The notes beneath the pieces are model-generated. The model saw nothing but the letters and a program-made list of their open reading frames with translations. It did no database searches and was not told the DNA's origin. From Paraspadella gotoi (taxonomy: Eukaryota > Animalia > Chaetognatha): 64,000 nt of DNA. Positions 24,907-40,759 of the stretch are shown piece after piece. The stretch is taken from assembly GCA_051294375.1 (NCBI GenBank), contig CM119267.1, positions 10,314,053 to 10,378,052 of the forward strand, read 5' to 3'. Within the stretch, counting starts at the first letter, position 1, and every line of letters begins with the position of its first letter. Made by a program: the position numbers and the translations under genes.

Positions 24907-27171
24907 TCTGACTTAATACTTAGTATTATGAATGTGATTACGAATGATCGCTCCTACGTACTTTTTATTGTGAAGATTAGAAAATTGGCAGAAAAGAGAG
25001 AAGCCCCACGCCGAGCCGTTAATTGGCCCTAAAAACAAGGATTTATTTTAACTTTTTTCGAGAGAGGGATCGAAAGAAGGGGTTTGCTCTCGAAAACTCT
25101 GAACCAAAAATAAACAGGAGCACTTTTCCCTTTCTAAATGCATGAAAGAATATTTTGTGTAAGGAAGAAATCACCTCCAAAAAGAGGAGAGAATTTTGAC
25201 GCGTGTGCAACTGTACGTAATAAAAAAAGATGTTTATGATAGAAATGAATTAAAATACAGAAGTAAGAAATTGTTATCGATACACAGTATAGAGTAAAGA
25301 ATGAAATAACAAGAACTAATTAGAAACCTATTATTATTATATTTTAATCTTGTGTCGTATAGATGCTTTCTATTTCCAGAAGACATTTTCTGAAATTTCA
25401 GAAAAACAGCAAAATCATATAATATATAATTTAACAAATTTTGAGGTGGAGAATCCGATGAAAAGAGCAAAAATATTGTACAACATCAGCATCGTCTGAC
25501 TACCTGTACTTTTTTGAGGTTTTTCTGATGTTTTCCAGAACTTAAGAAATCCATAAAAATATATTAGAATCCCTTTCACCATCATATTATTAAAATATTA
25601 TTAAAATAAAACTAAAACTAAAATTTTGAAAAACAATACGTGTCATTTATTTATTTATTATTTATTCATGTTAACCTAATATAAAGTCCTGATGCCGCAA
25701 ACGAACTTAAACTTAAGTCAAAGAACAATCGCCAATTCTACTCAAAACGAAAGACCGAAAGTGAGAGATCGAAAGCGAAGGAGACGGAACCGAAAGCGAA
25801 CGGCCTCCAACGACCCGTTAAGGTTTAATCGCCTTCATCAAAGATGCATTTAACTGCGACTTTGGACTCTCTCGGGCCCCGAATCACCTTCGCGGCGGAA
25901 GTCAAAACCCCGAAGTGTCGTGTCGACGAGACTTGAAACGGGTTGAAAGCGGAGAAAAGCTAATTAAAAAGATCGGGCGCCCGGAGCGGGAAAAGCAGGG
26001 TCCCTCTACGGCCTTAATAGATCTTCTCTTTTTTTTTTTTTTTGACTTAGTTGGTCACAGATGTGAAAGGCTTGCTTCTTTGGATTGAAACCATTTTTCG
26101 GTTAAGTTATATTTAAAACAATATTATTTATTGTCATGGCGATCTGATTTAAATGTTTTCTTAACTTAAAAGTTACAGCTGAGAACCAAACTTGCTTTTC
26201 CTAAATTCAAGTTCATTTTCTTAAAGTTCTTAAAGTTCTTAAATTTAAATTTAAATTTAAATTTAAATTTAATTGGGGATGAAAACCTTATGTTCTTTGC
26301 TCGGTATTAAACCAAATTTTCTGTGACCCCTGGCCTCGGCCTCAGTGATGAATTAAATAGTATAGCCTTTGTAGTTCATTGGGTCGGTTGTGAGCAAAAT
26401 GTTCTGCACTTCTTCATCCTTGCCCAGTGACGAACAACTTCACCTATACTTTGGACGGTGATGAACTAACTGTTCTTCGTTCTATAATCTTTTGACTCAC
26501 CGGCGAAGGAAATCATCCGGAGGCTTTTTCTTTCTTTTATCGCGTTGACTCCATTTAAATAAGAATCTCGTCGTGGAATTCCTTCGAGGAAGGAAGCCGT
26601 TTTAAAGCGAATCGGGGGGGCGGTGAAAATTAATCTTCTCGTTTAATTGGACTTCGAATTATTAAACGTTTTAATCATTTTAGAACTATTTTTCCTACGT
26701 ATGTTAGCTTCATAACATGATGATGATCGAAGGAGCTAGCCAGAACTCAGAATTTATCGACAGTTATGAGTTCTAATAGTATTACAAATATTTGGTCAAA
26801 AGAAAAACGAGTTTCTTTTAATAAATTCATCTCACAGATTCAATAAGAACAGTTGTGAATTGTTTTTTTCAAAGCTTCATGGAACGTATTAGTTATACGC
26901 ATTACATAATCTCGAAATAGATAAAGCAAAACGAACATCACATGTAGACGCTAAAGATGTTAATATTAATCATAATCAGTCTACGGAATTTTTTTTGTGC
27001 TATTTCGTAAAGCCACAGTCGATTTTCGGGGAAATGGTTGAGGGAAAAACCTTTGGATAATTTTACTACATGGATACAGAAAAGAGTAGAGACGAAACTT
27101 CTCAAGAAAAAATGGGAATTTTTTTTCTGCGTTTAAGTGAATGCTCGTGAATTGTGAAAGAAAGGCCGGTT

Positions 27172-28830
27172 TTACGCCGGCCGTTGTCGTTTACGTCCCC
27201 GACGTAGTTGTTATTGTGGTTATCATTTCCGTTGTCGTCGGTTCGTCGGACTTCTCCGTTATGTGAAAATTGTCCAGGGCGGGGTTCGAACCGGAGAGCA
27301 TCTCGATCGCTTTCGCTCCGATCTTCGCTCTATGGGAGCGAACGTTAGAAAAGCCTCCGTGATTTCTCCGCAGAGCTCAGGTATTCGGAGGCTTTCGTCG
27401 GGACTGATGCTGCCGCCCAGCGTTCGATCTTCGTGTTGTAAGAGAGAGTGTTTAAACTGCTGCCATCGAGCGTGTTAGTGCCCAGAGCGATCAAGGAAAA
27501 AACATCCGAGTAAGTCGGCGGTTCCGCCAGAGCGCAGGGAGTTGGTTCTGGACATGAAAAAAAAAACAAAAGGTAAACCACAAGTCTTCTGTTCTGAGCA
27601 CTGGAATGAATTTGTTGTAAGAACTTATACGCTGTAAATGAATAAAAACGAGTGCAGATAATTATAATTGATTACAAAGTACCATTTTTGAAATTTTGAT
27701 ATGTTTCAAACAAGAATAAATGCGAAAACAATTAGTATCATTAAAGTGAGTCACTCGTTTTTACTTTTCGTACCATTATCTCAAGAAAATTACACATCGA
27801 CAAACTCTCCGAACTTTTATTCGGGTCGTAAATAAAACATTTAATTTATAAGATAAAATAGGCAAAAAAAAAATAAAAAAGACGAACCTGATGCTCTCGA
27901 GACTGGGAAGGGTAGGGTGGAGTTCGGACAAAGACCCGTTGGTGTAGATGGACGGCGCCACCGATTGAGATTCACCCGCGTTGTTGTTATCCTCCTGGGG
28001 GCGCTGGACCGCGAGGGCGCCCCTTGCGGTCGCGAACCCGGCGACTCGCCGCCGACTCCGCCGCGCCCACCGACCGCTTTCGAGTCGTCGCTGGGCGTCC
28101 GGCCCGTTCCAGACGGCGTCGCTGGCGCCGGAGGCGCGTTCTCGAGGCGCGCCGAGTCGAGTCGCTTGAAGACGCAGATGATGAGGAGGATGAGGTTGAT
28201 GACGACGACGCTGCGGGTAAATCACAGTGACTCGAGAACGTGAGTCATTTTCACATCGGAGCTCGAATGAAATGAAAATCCCTTTTATTAGTGGGAAAAA
28301 TTGTGAACTTTTTTTTCAGAGGTCGACCTTTTTCTCTGTGCGGTCGCACCTTTTTTCGGGAAAGTTTTTCAAAGAAAATAACGAATAAAGTTAATATCTT
28401 GGGATTTATTATGTGTAGTTAAACTAAAGTGACAACAATGTTTTGATTTCGATTAATCTAATAACTTAAAAGGATCAAATATTAAGCAATAACTTTCATA
28501 CTTTTCATTATCAAAAATTACAATTTTTTAATGATGAAAAAAAATAACATTGTTTATTAATTTCTCTTGTACGATAAGCGATAAAGCAGCAGTAAAAAAA
28601 AGGATTACTTTGACCGATCGCGTCGCCACCTCACCTCCGATGACGCGACGAGGATGACGATCATCGTGTTCGAATTCCGGTGACGTCGTTGTCGTCGTCG
28701 TCGTCGCCGCGCGTTTACGATCGGCCGACTGGGACGCGTCTTGGAGGGATTCCCGCCAGGCGTCGCAAGCGGAGTTTCGCGGACGCAGCGAAGCTCGGAT
28801 CGCAGTAAACTTCGTCAGAATTGCAGTTAA
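27172..28830 (-). pseudogene. Inverted, indel-containing copy of the three 3' exons of the LDLa-like/TM/PPxY gene
   Basis: Reverse-complement match to 40760-42475; EPPTYSDVF and NLILLIICVFKR are readable in pieces. Confidence 0.55.
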
Positions 28831-29081
28831 CTGGGAAAATTTTGAAAAAACAAATGATCATTCGAGAGTAATTAAAGAAGTGGGCTGAAATTGAAAAGAG
28901 TTTTGAATCTCGCCAAAAAAAAATTATTTCACGAAAAGTAAGCTATTGTTTACTCGAAAGAAAGTTTTTTTTTAATTTAAATTTATTTTTATCAAAAAAA
29001 AAAAAAAAAAAAGAAAAGTATTCGATTTGTGGAAGGAAACTTGTTGTTACTTCGTCTTACGTTCTTGCGGTGACTTTTTTG

Positions 29082-29188
<107 letters not shown>

Positions 29189-29326
29189 TTATTTCTTTCT
29201 TTCATTCCTTTCTTCTTTTTCTCTCTATCTTTCTCTCTCTTTTACCCTCTCTGTGTATGCCCCACTGTTAATCGTTTTGTTTACAAATTTTTCCGAGTTT
29301 CACAAATCATTTTTTTGTATTTTTCC

Positions 29327-29415
<89 letters not shown>

Positions 29416-30543
29416 CTCCCATTCTCTCCCTCCTGTTTAATTCAATTTTTTTTCATTCTTCCAATCTTGTTTTTATTTTTGGGGTCTGCTTTCTCCGCAT
29501 GTGGGTCCCTTAATTTCCTCTGGTTCTGAACTCGGGGGAAAAAAAAGTGAAATTAGAATCTCCTCCACGAAAGAATCCAATGGGAACGAATAAAGAAAAG
29601 AAGACTAGCGGAGAATTCGACTCTTTTTTTCAAATCGCTCGTTTTCTATTAATACAGTTAGCGTTTTAATTCTTTACGCGAGATTTACGAAATAATGATT
29701 AAATAAATTGATTAACATAAAACAAATTGGAAACTTAGCGAATAGGGTTACACCTAACCGGATCAGTGCCGGAGACCGTCGTCGTTTATCAATTAACGAC
29801 AAAACCGATTCAATTAAAATGTTTAAAAATAAAGGTTTTAGTGCTAAGTCTATTTAAGGCAATAAACATCTTTAATAAAGAATAATAATAGTCCCCGAAC
29901 GACGTTTAAAGCTTCCCGTTTAACAACCGGGCGGCGCGCCGGTGACGAATGGTTTTCGAAGAACGGATTCCTTCGTTGTGGTTCACGATGAATTTAATTT
30001 TCCAGAATCGAATTCAGAAACGAAAGTTTATCTCGGATGTTTTCGATGTCTTTTATACAAACGATTCGGGAATATTCCTCGCCGGGTTTGTATTGTTACA
30101 AAAGTTTTTTTTTTCACTTTTTTTACGACTTGTTTTTTAAACATGCCATGTTCATTTATTTACTTTCGAATAGAACAGATATAGCGCGACACTAACGGTT
30201 TCTCCGAGTACTATGAGAATTTTTTGCATCTTCTTACGTTAAATCTTATAACTTTTGCTCCGACATGACGGCCCATCCCCCGCCCTCCACTCCGCAACAC
30301 CCCCCCCCCCCGTCCCAATTCTCGTCAAACACATTCGCCCTTTGTCGAGACTCGAGTCCAGTGGCGTTAATTCACGCCACGTTTTTTAGCTAATGTCAGG
30401 ACTTGACTCTCGCCCGGACTTTTAAGAGAATTTAAAAAACGAGTTTTTTAAAATAGAAATAAATCTCAGCTTTGAAAAAAAAAAAATTGTAAATATCTCG
30501 GGTTTTCAGAAGGAAAAAAACGAGAAAGCTAAACATTGATAAA

Positions 30544-30629
<86 letters not shown>

Positions 30630-31147
30630 AGAGAAGAGATTGGAGAAGGCAAAGGTGGAAGGAGAAATTGAAATCCTTAGAGAAAATCTCGGAAAAGATT
30701 TTGCTAAAAGATCGAGTGAAAGTGGAGTTAAAGAGGGGGGGGGAAAAGTGAGGAGACCGAAGAGTGGTAAGCGTGTGGATCGAGGGTTGCGAGCAAAGAT
30801 TAAAAATAGACCGAGATCATTCTTTCGAGTTCGACAAAATGGAATTTGTCTCGCGAAACATAAATAACTCATGTCTTTCTCAATCAACAGGATCTCCCTT
30901 TTAAAAGAAGGTCCAAGAGTTAACATGATTTCTTAGACTGAGGTGGAAAGCTGAGGGGGGGGCAAGGATTATCGGGATTGGGTAAAGTAACACAACTTGA
31001 AGAGCAGATGACAGAGAACCGAGAGAATAGAACCCTAGTAAGTCTTTGAGCAGACCTAGACGAATGAATTTGAGCGATCGCAAAAAAGATAATAAGATTA
31101 AGAGTAGCTTGTATGGGGAGAGTCAACTAGTCCAGTGTAAAGTCATT

Positions 31148-31310
31148 GAGATGAGATGAGATAAAGAGGATGAGTTGAGAAGAGATGAGAAAAGATGAAT
31201 GAATCGGATCGAGATGAGATGAGATAAAAAGGATGAGTTGAGAGAGATGTGAAAAGATGAAATAAATCGGATCGAGATGAGATAGATGAAAGAGATGAGT
31301 GAGAAGAGAT
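31148..31310. repeat. Purine-rich minisatellite, unit about 63 bp, about 2.5 copies (inverted copy at about 33150-33320)
   Basis: GAGATGAGATGAGATAAAGAGGATGAGTTGAGAAGAGATGAGAAAAGATGAATGAATCGGATC recurs at about 31148, 31211 and 31273. Confidence 0.8.
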
Positions 31311-31537
31311 GATCTAGAAATCGAGGAGGAAATGAGTTTTTTGAAGAATAAAGGAAATGACGAGGACGACGACGAAGACGAAGACGAAGACGACGACGAC
31401 GACACGACGACGAAGACGAAGACGAGGATGCCGAAAGAAACATTTGAGGACGTTCAACCCCCACTGAACAAAGAATGGGGTCCTGAGAATTATTATGAAA
31501 AAATATCGAATAAGTCGATTTTCGGGAGTCACCAAGT

Positions 31538-31624
<87 letters not shown>

Positions 31625-31862
31625 ATAAAGAAAGTATGAAACAAATCGCCTTTGTTCCGTAATTTTTCTGATCCCAAAAAACCAAGTATTGATTTAAACT
31701 GATTCGCCCGGGGGTCCAGGGCAGTCCTTTTGGGCCCCCTAGGTAAGTCTCGACAGCCTCGATACGTGTCGGGGTCGGAAATAGGGAAGTGGGAACAAAA
31801 ACTGAGCAAAGGAAAAGGATTCCTAAGTCCACTCTCTCTCTCTCTCTCTCTCTCTCATCTCG

Positions 31863-31910
<48 letters not shown>

Positions 31911-32550
31911 TTCATTTTTTGCTCTCTATCTCTCGCTTAGTTAATCAGCTTCATCTCTGTCGTAAACATTGAAAGAAGAAAACTACTTTGTTCAGTCTTT
32001 CTCTCTCGCTAATCCACAACATCCCCTCACCACACGGATTTTGGGTGCGTCCTATCAACCCTCTCTTTCTCGCATTCTTCTCTCTCTATCTCTCTTTCCT
32101 ATCTCTCCTCTCTTTCTCTCTTTCTCTTTTCTTTCATGTCTCTCATTCTCTCTCCTTTCTCTGGCCATATCATTCAAACAATCTTTCTCAAACCTCCTCT
32201 ATAAATCCAACCCTCTCTCTCTCTCCTCTCTCTCTCTCTTCTTCTCTCTCTCTCTCTCTCTCTCTCCTCCCAACCCTCTCCAACTTTCTCACCCTTCTTC
32301 CCCGACACNNNNNNNNNNNNNNNNNNNNNNNNNGAGAAAGAGAGAAAGAGAGAGAGAGATAGAAAGAGAGATAGAGAGAGAGAATGCGAGAAAGAGAGGG
32401 TTGATAGGACGCACCCAAAATCCGTGTGGTGAGGGGATGTTGTGGATTAGCGGAGAGAGAAAAGACTGAACAAAGTAGTTTTCTTCTTTCAATGTTTACG
32501 ACAGAGATGAAGCTGATTAACTAAGCGAGAGATAGAGAGCAAAAAATGAA

Positions 32551-32598
<48 letters not shown>

Positions 32599-32836
32599 CG
32601 AGATGAGAGAGAGAGAGAGAGAGAGAGAGTGGACTTAGGAATCCTTTTCCTTTGCTCAGTTTTTGTTCCCACTTCCCTATTTCCGACCCCGACACGTATC
32701 GAGGCTGTCGAGACTTACCTAGGGGGCCCAAAAGGACTGCCCTGGACCCCCGGGCGAATCAGTTTAAATCAATACTTGGTTTTTTGGGATCAGAAAAATT
32801 ACGGAACAAAGGCGATTTGTTTCATACTTTCTTTAT

Positions 32837-32923
<87 letters not shown>

Positions 32924-33726
32924 ACTTGGTGACTCCCGAAAATCGACTTATTCGATATTTTTTCAATAATTAATTCTCAGGATCCCATTCTTTGTTCAGT
33001 GGGTTGAACGTCCCTCAAATGTTTCCTTTCGCATTCCTCGTCTTCGTCTTCGTCGTCGTCGTCGTCGTCGTCTTCGTCTTCGTCTTCGTCGTCGTCCTCG
33101 TCATTTCCTTTATTCTTCAAAAACTCATTTCCTCCTCGATTTCTAGATCATCTCTTCTCAACTCATCCTCTTTCATCTAATCTCATCTCGATCCGATTTA
33201 TTTCATCTTTTCACATCTCTTCTCAACTCATCCTCTTTTATCTCATCTCATCTCGATCCGATTCATTTCATCTTTTCTCATCTCTTCTCAACTCATCCTC
33301 TTTCATCTCATCTCATCTCAATGACTTTACACTGACTAGTGACTCTCCCCATACAACGCTACTCTTAATCTTATTATCTTTTTTGCGATCGCTCAAATTC
33401 ATTCGTCTAGGTCTACTCAAAGACTTACTAGGGTTCTATTCTCTCGGTTCTCTGTCATTCTGCTCTTCAAGTTGTGTTACTCTTTACCCAATCCGATAAT
33501 CCTTGCCCCCCCCTCCAGCTTTCCACCTCAGTCTAAGAAATCATGTTAACTCTTGAGCCTTCTTTTAAAAAGGGAGATCCTGTTGATTGAGAAAGACATG
33601 AGTTAATTTAATGTTTCGCGAGACAAATTCCATTTTGTCGAAACTCGAAAGCAAATGATCTCGGTCTATTTTTAATCTTTGCTCGCAAACCCTCGATCCA
33701 CGCTTACCACTCTTCGGTCTCCTCAC

Positions 33727-36700
33727 GTCGCTGCCCAGCCTCCATCAGTTCATTTTCCCGCGCCACTCCCCGCCTCCCGTCCAACGACGACACAATTCCT
33801 CATCGTCCACTCTCTTTCCACCCACCTCCCACCCTTTACCCTCCATTCCACCCCGCCCCCTCCGCCAGTCACTCACCTTCCTGCTCCTCCTTACCCTCGG
33901 CTTTCACAATCACCATCGGGCCCTCAGCAGCCAAACAGATTCAACTGCCCCAACAGCACAGAACATCCACAGCATCATGCTCCGCCTCCACCGCCTCCGT
34001 CGACGCCGCACCCGGCAGGCGCGTCGGGCCCGCCGACTTATACGGTGGCGGCGCCAAATGTGCGGCACAATCAGCCACCGCCCAGTCAACTGCGTAATTG
34101 AATCTTCGAGACGATCGTTCCAACGTCTCGCCCACCAAATCGTATGTAGCTTCTCTCGACGTCAAACGCCCGACGCTTCTACGAGGGTGACGAGACGAAA
34201 GAACAGCCAAGTCCCTCCGCCTTTGAAGACGATGGCGACCAGAGCAATAACAACGACGAACGATTACAGCAATCGGCGCCGATGATAACAACTAAGCGTA
34301 GACACTTGGTTGTCCAGGAGAGATTTTTATTTTTAATATTTCTGCACCATCGGAGAATTTGCTCGTATTTTTACACAAGCTCCTTATCTCTCCCTTGTCC
34401 ACTCCGCCACTCCCCCAGTCCACAGTCGGTCCAATCCTCCCGTTATCTCCGTCGGTGAGAATCGTAGCGTGTTCTTTTCTTTCCTCCCTCACCCTCCCTC
34501 CCTTTCCGCCCCGCCCCTCTTTACTGCCTCTCTTCTTCAACTTTTTTTTTCCAGGACCCTGTTTTTCTCCTTTCGAGTTTACAACGATATAGATCTTTGC
34601 CTCTTTTGGCAAAATAGAAAAAAAACAAAACAAAACAAAAAAACTCAGAAGGCCCATCTATGGGCCACGGTTTTGTTTCCTTTATACTTTCCGTTCATTA
34701 TATGTTTTCGCTTGTTTAAGAATGGTAAATACTTTGCTTGATTGTCTACGGTGTGGAAAATTAATCTTTCTCGTTTAATTGGCTTTCGAATTATTAAACG
34801 TTTTAATCATTTAGAACTATTTTTCCTACGTATGTTAGCTTCATAACATGATTGGATGCATCGAAGGAGCTAGCCAGAACTCAGAATGTAAATCGACAGT
34901 TATGAGTTCTAATAGTATTACAAATATTTGTGTCAAAAGAAGAAACGAGTTTCTTGTTAATAAATTCATCTCACAGATTCAATTAAGTAAAGTTGCTGAA
35001 TTGTTTTTTTCAAAGCGTTCATGGAACGTATTAGTTGATACGCGATTACATAATCTCGAAATTAGATAAAGCAAAACGAACAATCACATGTAGACGCTAA
35101 AAGATGTTAATGATTAATCATAATCAGTCTACGGAATTTTTTTTGTGCTATTTCGTAAAGCCACAGTCAGATTTTCGGTGGGAAATGGTTGAGGGCGGGA
35201 AAAACCTTTGGATAATTTTTACTACATGCGATACAGAAAAGAGTAGAGACGAAACTTGCTCAAGAAAAAATGGAATTTTTTTTCTGCGTTTAAGGCTGAA
35301 TGCTTCGTGAATTGTGAAAGAAAGCCGGTTTTACGCCGGGCCGTTGTCGTTTACGTCCCCGACCGTAGTGTTATTGTGGTTATCATTTCCGTTGTTCGTC
35401 GGTTCGTCGGACTTCTCCGTTATGTGAAAATTGTCCAGGGCGGGGTTTCGAACCGGAGAGCATCTCAGATCGCTTTCGCTCCGATCTTCGCTCTATGGGA
35501 GCGAACGCTTAGAAAAGCCGCCGTGAGTTTCTCCGCAGAGCCTCCAGGTATTCGGGAGCTTTTCGTCGGGACTGATGCTGCCCCCAGCGTTCGATCTTCG
35601 CTGTTGTAAGAGAGAGTGTTTAAACTTGCTGCCATCGAGCCCGGTGTTAGTGCCCCAGAGCGATCAAGGAAAAAACATCCAGTAAGTCGGCGGGTTCCGC
35701 GCAGAGCGCAGGGAGTTGGTTCTGACTATGAAAAAAAAAACAACAAAGGTAAACCACAAGGTCTTCTGTTCTGAGCACTGGAATGAATTTTTGTAAGAAC
35801 TTAGTACGCTGTAAATGAATAAAAACGAGTGCAATAATTATAATTGATTACAAAGATACCAATTTTTTGAAATTTTGATATGTTTCAAATCAAGAATAAA
35901 TGGCGAAAACAATTAGTATCATTAAAGTGAGTCACTCGTTTTTACTTTTCTACCATTATGCTCAAGAAAATTACACATCGATCAAAACTCTCCGAACTTT
36001 TATTCGGGTGTAAAATAAAACATTTAAATTTATAAGAAAAAATAGGCAAAAAAAAAAATAAAAAAGACGAACCTGATGCTTCTCGCAGAACTGGGTAAGG
36101 GATAGGGTGGAGTTCGGACAAAGACCCGTTGGTGTAGAGGACGGCGCCACACGATTGAGATCACCCGCGTTGTTGTTATCCTCCTGGGGGCGCTGGACGC
36201 GAGGGCGCCCCTTGCGGTCGCGAACCGGCGACTCGCCGCCGACTCCGCCGCGCGCCACCGCCGCTTTCGAGGTCGTCGCTGGGCGTCGGCCCGTTCCAGA
36301 CGGCCGTCGCGTGGCGCCGGAGGCGCGGCGTTCTCGAGGCGCGCCCGAGTCGAGTCGCTTGAAGACGCAGATGATGAGGAGGATGAGCGTTGATGACGAC
36401 GACGCCTGCGGGTAAATCACAGTGACTCGAGAACGTGAGTCATTTTCACATCGGAGCTCGAATGAAAATGAAAATCCCTTTTATTAGTGGGAAAAAATGT
36501 GAATTTTTTTTCAGAGTGTCGACCTTTTTCTCTGTGCGGTCGCACCTTTTTTCGGGAAAGTTTTTCAAAGAAATAACGAATAAAGGTTAATATCTTGGGA
36601 TGTTTATTATGTGCTAGCTTTAAACTTAAAGTGACAACAATGTTTTGATTTCGAGTTAATCTAACTAACTTAAAAGGATCAAATATTAAGCCAATTAACT

Positions 36701-37339
36701 TTTCATACTTTTCATTAGTCAAAAATTACAATTTATTTAATGATTGAAAAAAAAATAACATTGTTTATAATTTCTCTTTGTACGATAAGCGAATAAAGCA
36801 GCAGCTAAAAAAAACGGATTACTTTGACCGATCGCGTCGCCACCTCACCTCCGATGACGCGACGAGGATGACGATCATCGTGTTCGAATTCCCGGTGACG
36901 TCGTTGTCGTCGTCGTCGTCGCCGCGGCGTTTACGATCGGCCGACTGTGGACGCGTCTTGGAGGGATTCCCGCCAGGCGTCGCAAGCGGAGTTTCGCGGA
37001 CGCAGCGAAGCTCGGATTCGCAGTAAACTTCGTCAGAATTTCAGTTAACTGGGAAAATTGTTGAAAAAAAACAAATGATCATTCGAGAGTTAATTAAAGA
37101 AGTGGCTGAAAATGAAAAGAAGTTTTGAATCTGCGCCAAAAAAAAATTATTTCACGAAAAGTAAGCTATTGTTTATCGAAAGAAAGTTTTTTTTTAATTT
37201 AAATTTATTTTTATCAAGAAAAAAAAAAAAATAAAAGAAAAGTTATTCGATTTGTGGAAGGAAAACTTGTTGTTACTTCGTCTTACGTTCTTGCGGTCGG
37301 GAACCTGTTTTTGTCTCTCTCTCTCTCTTTCTCTCTCTC

Positions 37340-37387
<48 letters not shown>

Positions 37388-37392
37388 TCCCG

Positions 37393-37423
<31 letters not shown>

Positions 37424-37565
37424 TTATTTCTTTCTTTCATTCCCTTTCCTTCTTTTTCTCTCTATCTTTCCTCTCTCTTTGTACCCTCTCTGTGTATGCC
37501 CCCACTGTTAATCGTTTTGTTTACAAATTTTTCCGAGTTTCACAAATCATTTTTTGTATTTTTCC

Positions 37566-37653
<88 letters not shown>

Positions 37654-38800
37654 AGTCTCCCATTCTCTCCCTCCTGTTTAATTCAATTTTTTTTCATTCT
37701 TCCAATCTTTTTTATTTTTTGGGGTCTGCTTTCTCCGCATGTGGGTCCCTTAATTCCTCTGGTTTCGAACTCGGGGGCAAAAAAAAGTGAAAGTTATGAA
37801 TTCCTCCACGAAAGAATCCAATGCGAAGAATATAAGAAAAAGAAGACTAGCAGGAGAATTCGACTCTTTTTTTCAAATGCTCCGTTTTCGTATTTAATAC
37901 AGTTAGCGTTTTAATTCTTTTACGCGACGATTTACGAAATAATGATTAAATAAATTGATTAACATAAAACAAATTGGAAACGTAGCGAATAGGCGTTAAC
38001 CTAACCGGATCAGTGCCGGAGACCGTCGTCGTTTGATCAATTAACGACAAACCCGATTCAATTAAAATGTTTAAAAATAAAGAGTTTTAGTGCTGTCTAT
38101 TTAAGGCAATAAACATCTTCAATAAAAGAATAATAATATGTCCCCGAAGGACGTTTAAAGCTTCCTCGTTAACAACCGGCGGCGCGCCGGGTGACGAAGG
38201 TTTTCGAGAGAACGGATTCCTTCGTTGTGGTTCACAGAAATTTTCCAGAATCGATTCAGAAAACGAAAGTTTATCTTCGGATGTTTTCGATTGTCTTTTA
38301 TACAAACGATTCGGGATATTCCTCGCCGGGTTTGTATTTTGTTACAAAAGTTTTTTTTTTCACTTTTTTACGACTTGTTTTTAAACATGCTATGTTGCAT
38401 TTATTGTACTTTCGAATTAAGAACAGATATAGCGCGACACTAACGGTTTCTCCGTACTAATGAGAATTTGATGCATCTTCTTACGTTAAATCTTATAACT
38501 TTTGTACCGACATGACGTGCCCATCCCCCGCGCCCTCCACTCCCGCAACACCCCCCCCCCCGTCCCCAATTCTCGTCAAACACATTCGCCCTTGTCCGAG
38601 ACTCGAGTCCAGTGGCGTTAATTCACGCCACGTTTATTTAGCAATGTCAGGACTTGACTCTCGCCCGGACTTTTAAGAGAATTTAAAAAAACGAGTTTTT
38701 AAAATAGAAATAAATCTCAGCTTTGAAAAAAAAAAATTGTAAATATCTCGGGTTTTCAGAAAGGGAAAAAACGAGAAAGCTAAACAATTGGATAAAGTAC

Positions 38801-38884
<84 letters not shown>

Positions 38885-39000
38885 AGAGAGAGAGATTGGA
38901 GAAGGCAAAGGTGGAAGGAGGAAATTGAAATCCTTAGAGAAAATCTCGGCAAAAGATTTGCTAAAAGATCGAGTGAAAGTGGAGTTAAAAGGGCGGGGGC
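33727..39000 (-). repeat. Inverted copy no.2: RAPGEF 3' end and UTR, LDLa-like gene 3' exons and flanks, with many indels
   Basis: 33727 to about 38515 is the reverse complement of about 44050 back to 39289; 34750-39000 is a direct, noisier copy of 26621-30740. Confidence 0.88.
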
Positions 39001-40170
39001 GANNNNNNNNNNNNNNNNNNNNNNNNNCCCGAGATATTTCACAATTTTTTTTTTTCAAAGCTGAGATTTATTTCTATTTTAAAAACTCGTTTTTTAAATT
39101 CTCTTTAAAAGTCCNNNNNNNNNNNNNNNNNNNNNNNNNNNNNNNNNNNNNNNNNNNNNNNNNNNNNNNNNNNNNNNNNNNNNNNNNNNNNNNNNNNNNN
39201 NNNNNNNNNNNNNNNNNNNNNNNNNNNNNNNNNNNNNNNNNNNNNNNNNNNNNNNNNNNNNNNNNNNNNNNNNNNNNNNNNNNNNNNNGTCATGTCGGAG
39301 CAAAAGTTATAAGATTTAAACGTAAGAAAGATGCAAAAAATTCTCATTAGTACTCGGAGAAACCGTTAGTGTCGCGCTATATCTGTTCTATTCGAAAGTA
39401 AATAAATGAACATCGCATGTTTAAAACAAGTCGTAAAAAAAGTGAAAAAAAAAACTTTTGTAACAAATACAAACCCGGCGAGGAATATATCCCGAATCGT
39501 TTGTATAAAGACATCGAAAACATCCGAAGATAAACTTTCGTTTTCTGAAATTCGATTCTGGAAAATTAAATTCAATCGTGAACCACAACGAAGGAATCCG
39601 TTCTGTCGAAAACCATTCGTCACCGGCGCGCCGCCGGTTGGTTAAACGAGGAAGCTTTAAACGTCGCTTCGGGGACATATTATTATTCTTTATTAAAGAT
39701 GTTTATTGCCTTAAATAGACTTAGCACTAAAACCTTTTATTTTTAAACATTTCTAATTGAAATCGGGTTTTGTCGTTAATTGATAAAACGACGACGGTCT
39801 CCGGCACTGATCCGGGTTAGGTGTAACCCTATTCGCTAAGTTTTCCAATTTGTTTTATGTTTAATCAATTTATTTAATCATTATTTTCGTAAATCGTCGC
39901 GTAAAGAATTAAAACGCTAACTGTATTAAATAGAAAACGGAGCGATTTGAAAAAAAGAGTCGAATTCTCCGCTAGTCTTCTTTTTCTTTATTCGTTCCCA
40001 ATTGGATTCTTTCGTGAGGAGATTCATAAATTTCACTTTTTTTTTCCCCCGAGTTCGAAACCAGAGGAAATTAAGGGACCCACATGCGGAGAAAGCAGAC
40101 CCCCAAAAAATAAAAACAAGATTGGAAGAATGAAAAAAAATTGAATTAAACAGGAGGGAGAGAATGGGAG

Positions 40171-40259
<89 letters not shown>

Positions 40260-40397
40260 GGAAAAATACAAAAAAATGATTTGTGAAACTCGGAAAAATT
40301 TGTAAACAAAACGATTAACAGTGGGGCATACACAGAGAGGGTAAAAGAGAGAGAAAGATAGAGAGAAAAAGAAGAAAGGAATGAAAGAAAGAAATAA

Positions 40398-40504
<107 letters not shown>

Positions 40505-40759
40505 CAAAAAAGTCACCGCAAGAACGTAAGACGAAGTAACAACAAGTTTCCTTCCACAAATCGAATACTTTTCTTTTTTTTTTTTTTTTTTTGAATAAAA
40601 ATAAATTTAAATTAAAAAAAAACTTTCTTTCGAGTAAACAATAGCTTACTTTTCGTGAAATAATTTTTTTTTGGCGAGATTCAAAACTTCTTTTCAATTT
40701 CAGCCCACTTCTTTTTAATTAACTCTCGAATGATCATTTGTTTTTTCAAATTTTCCCAG

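Noticed and set aside
24669-26530. Further Cys-containing exon candidates (VGSFYCGG.., DAFNCDFG.., VTNNFTYT..)
   Set aside because: No consistent acceptor/donor and phase pairing, and no recognisable domain.
31148-31310. CRISPR-like array
   Set aside because: Head-to-tail low-complexity minisatellite without unique spacers; eukaryotic context, no cas genes.
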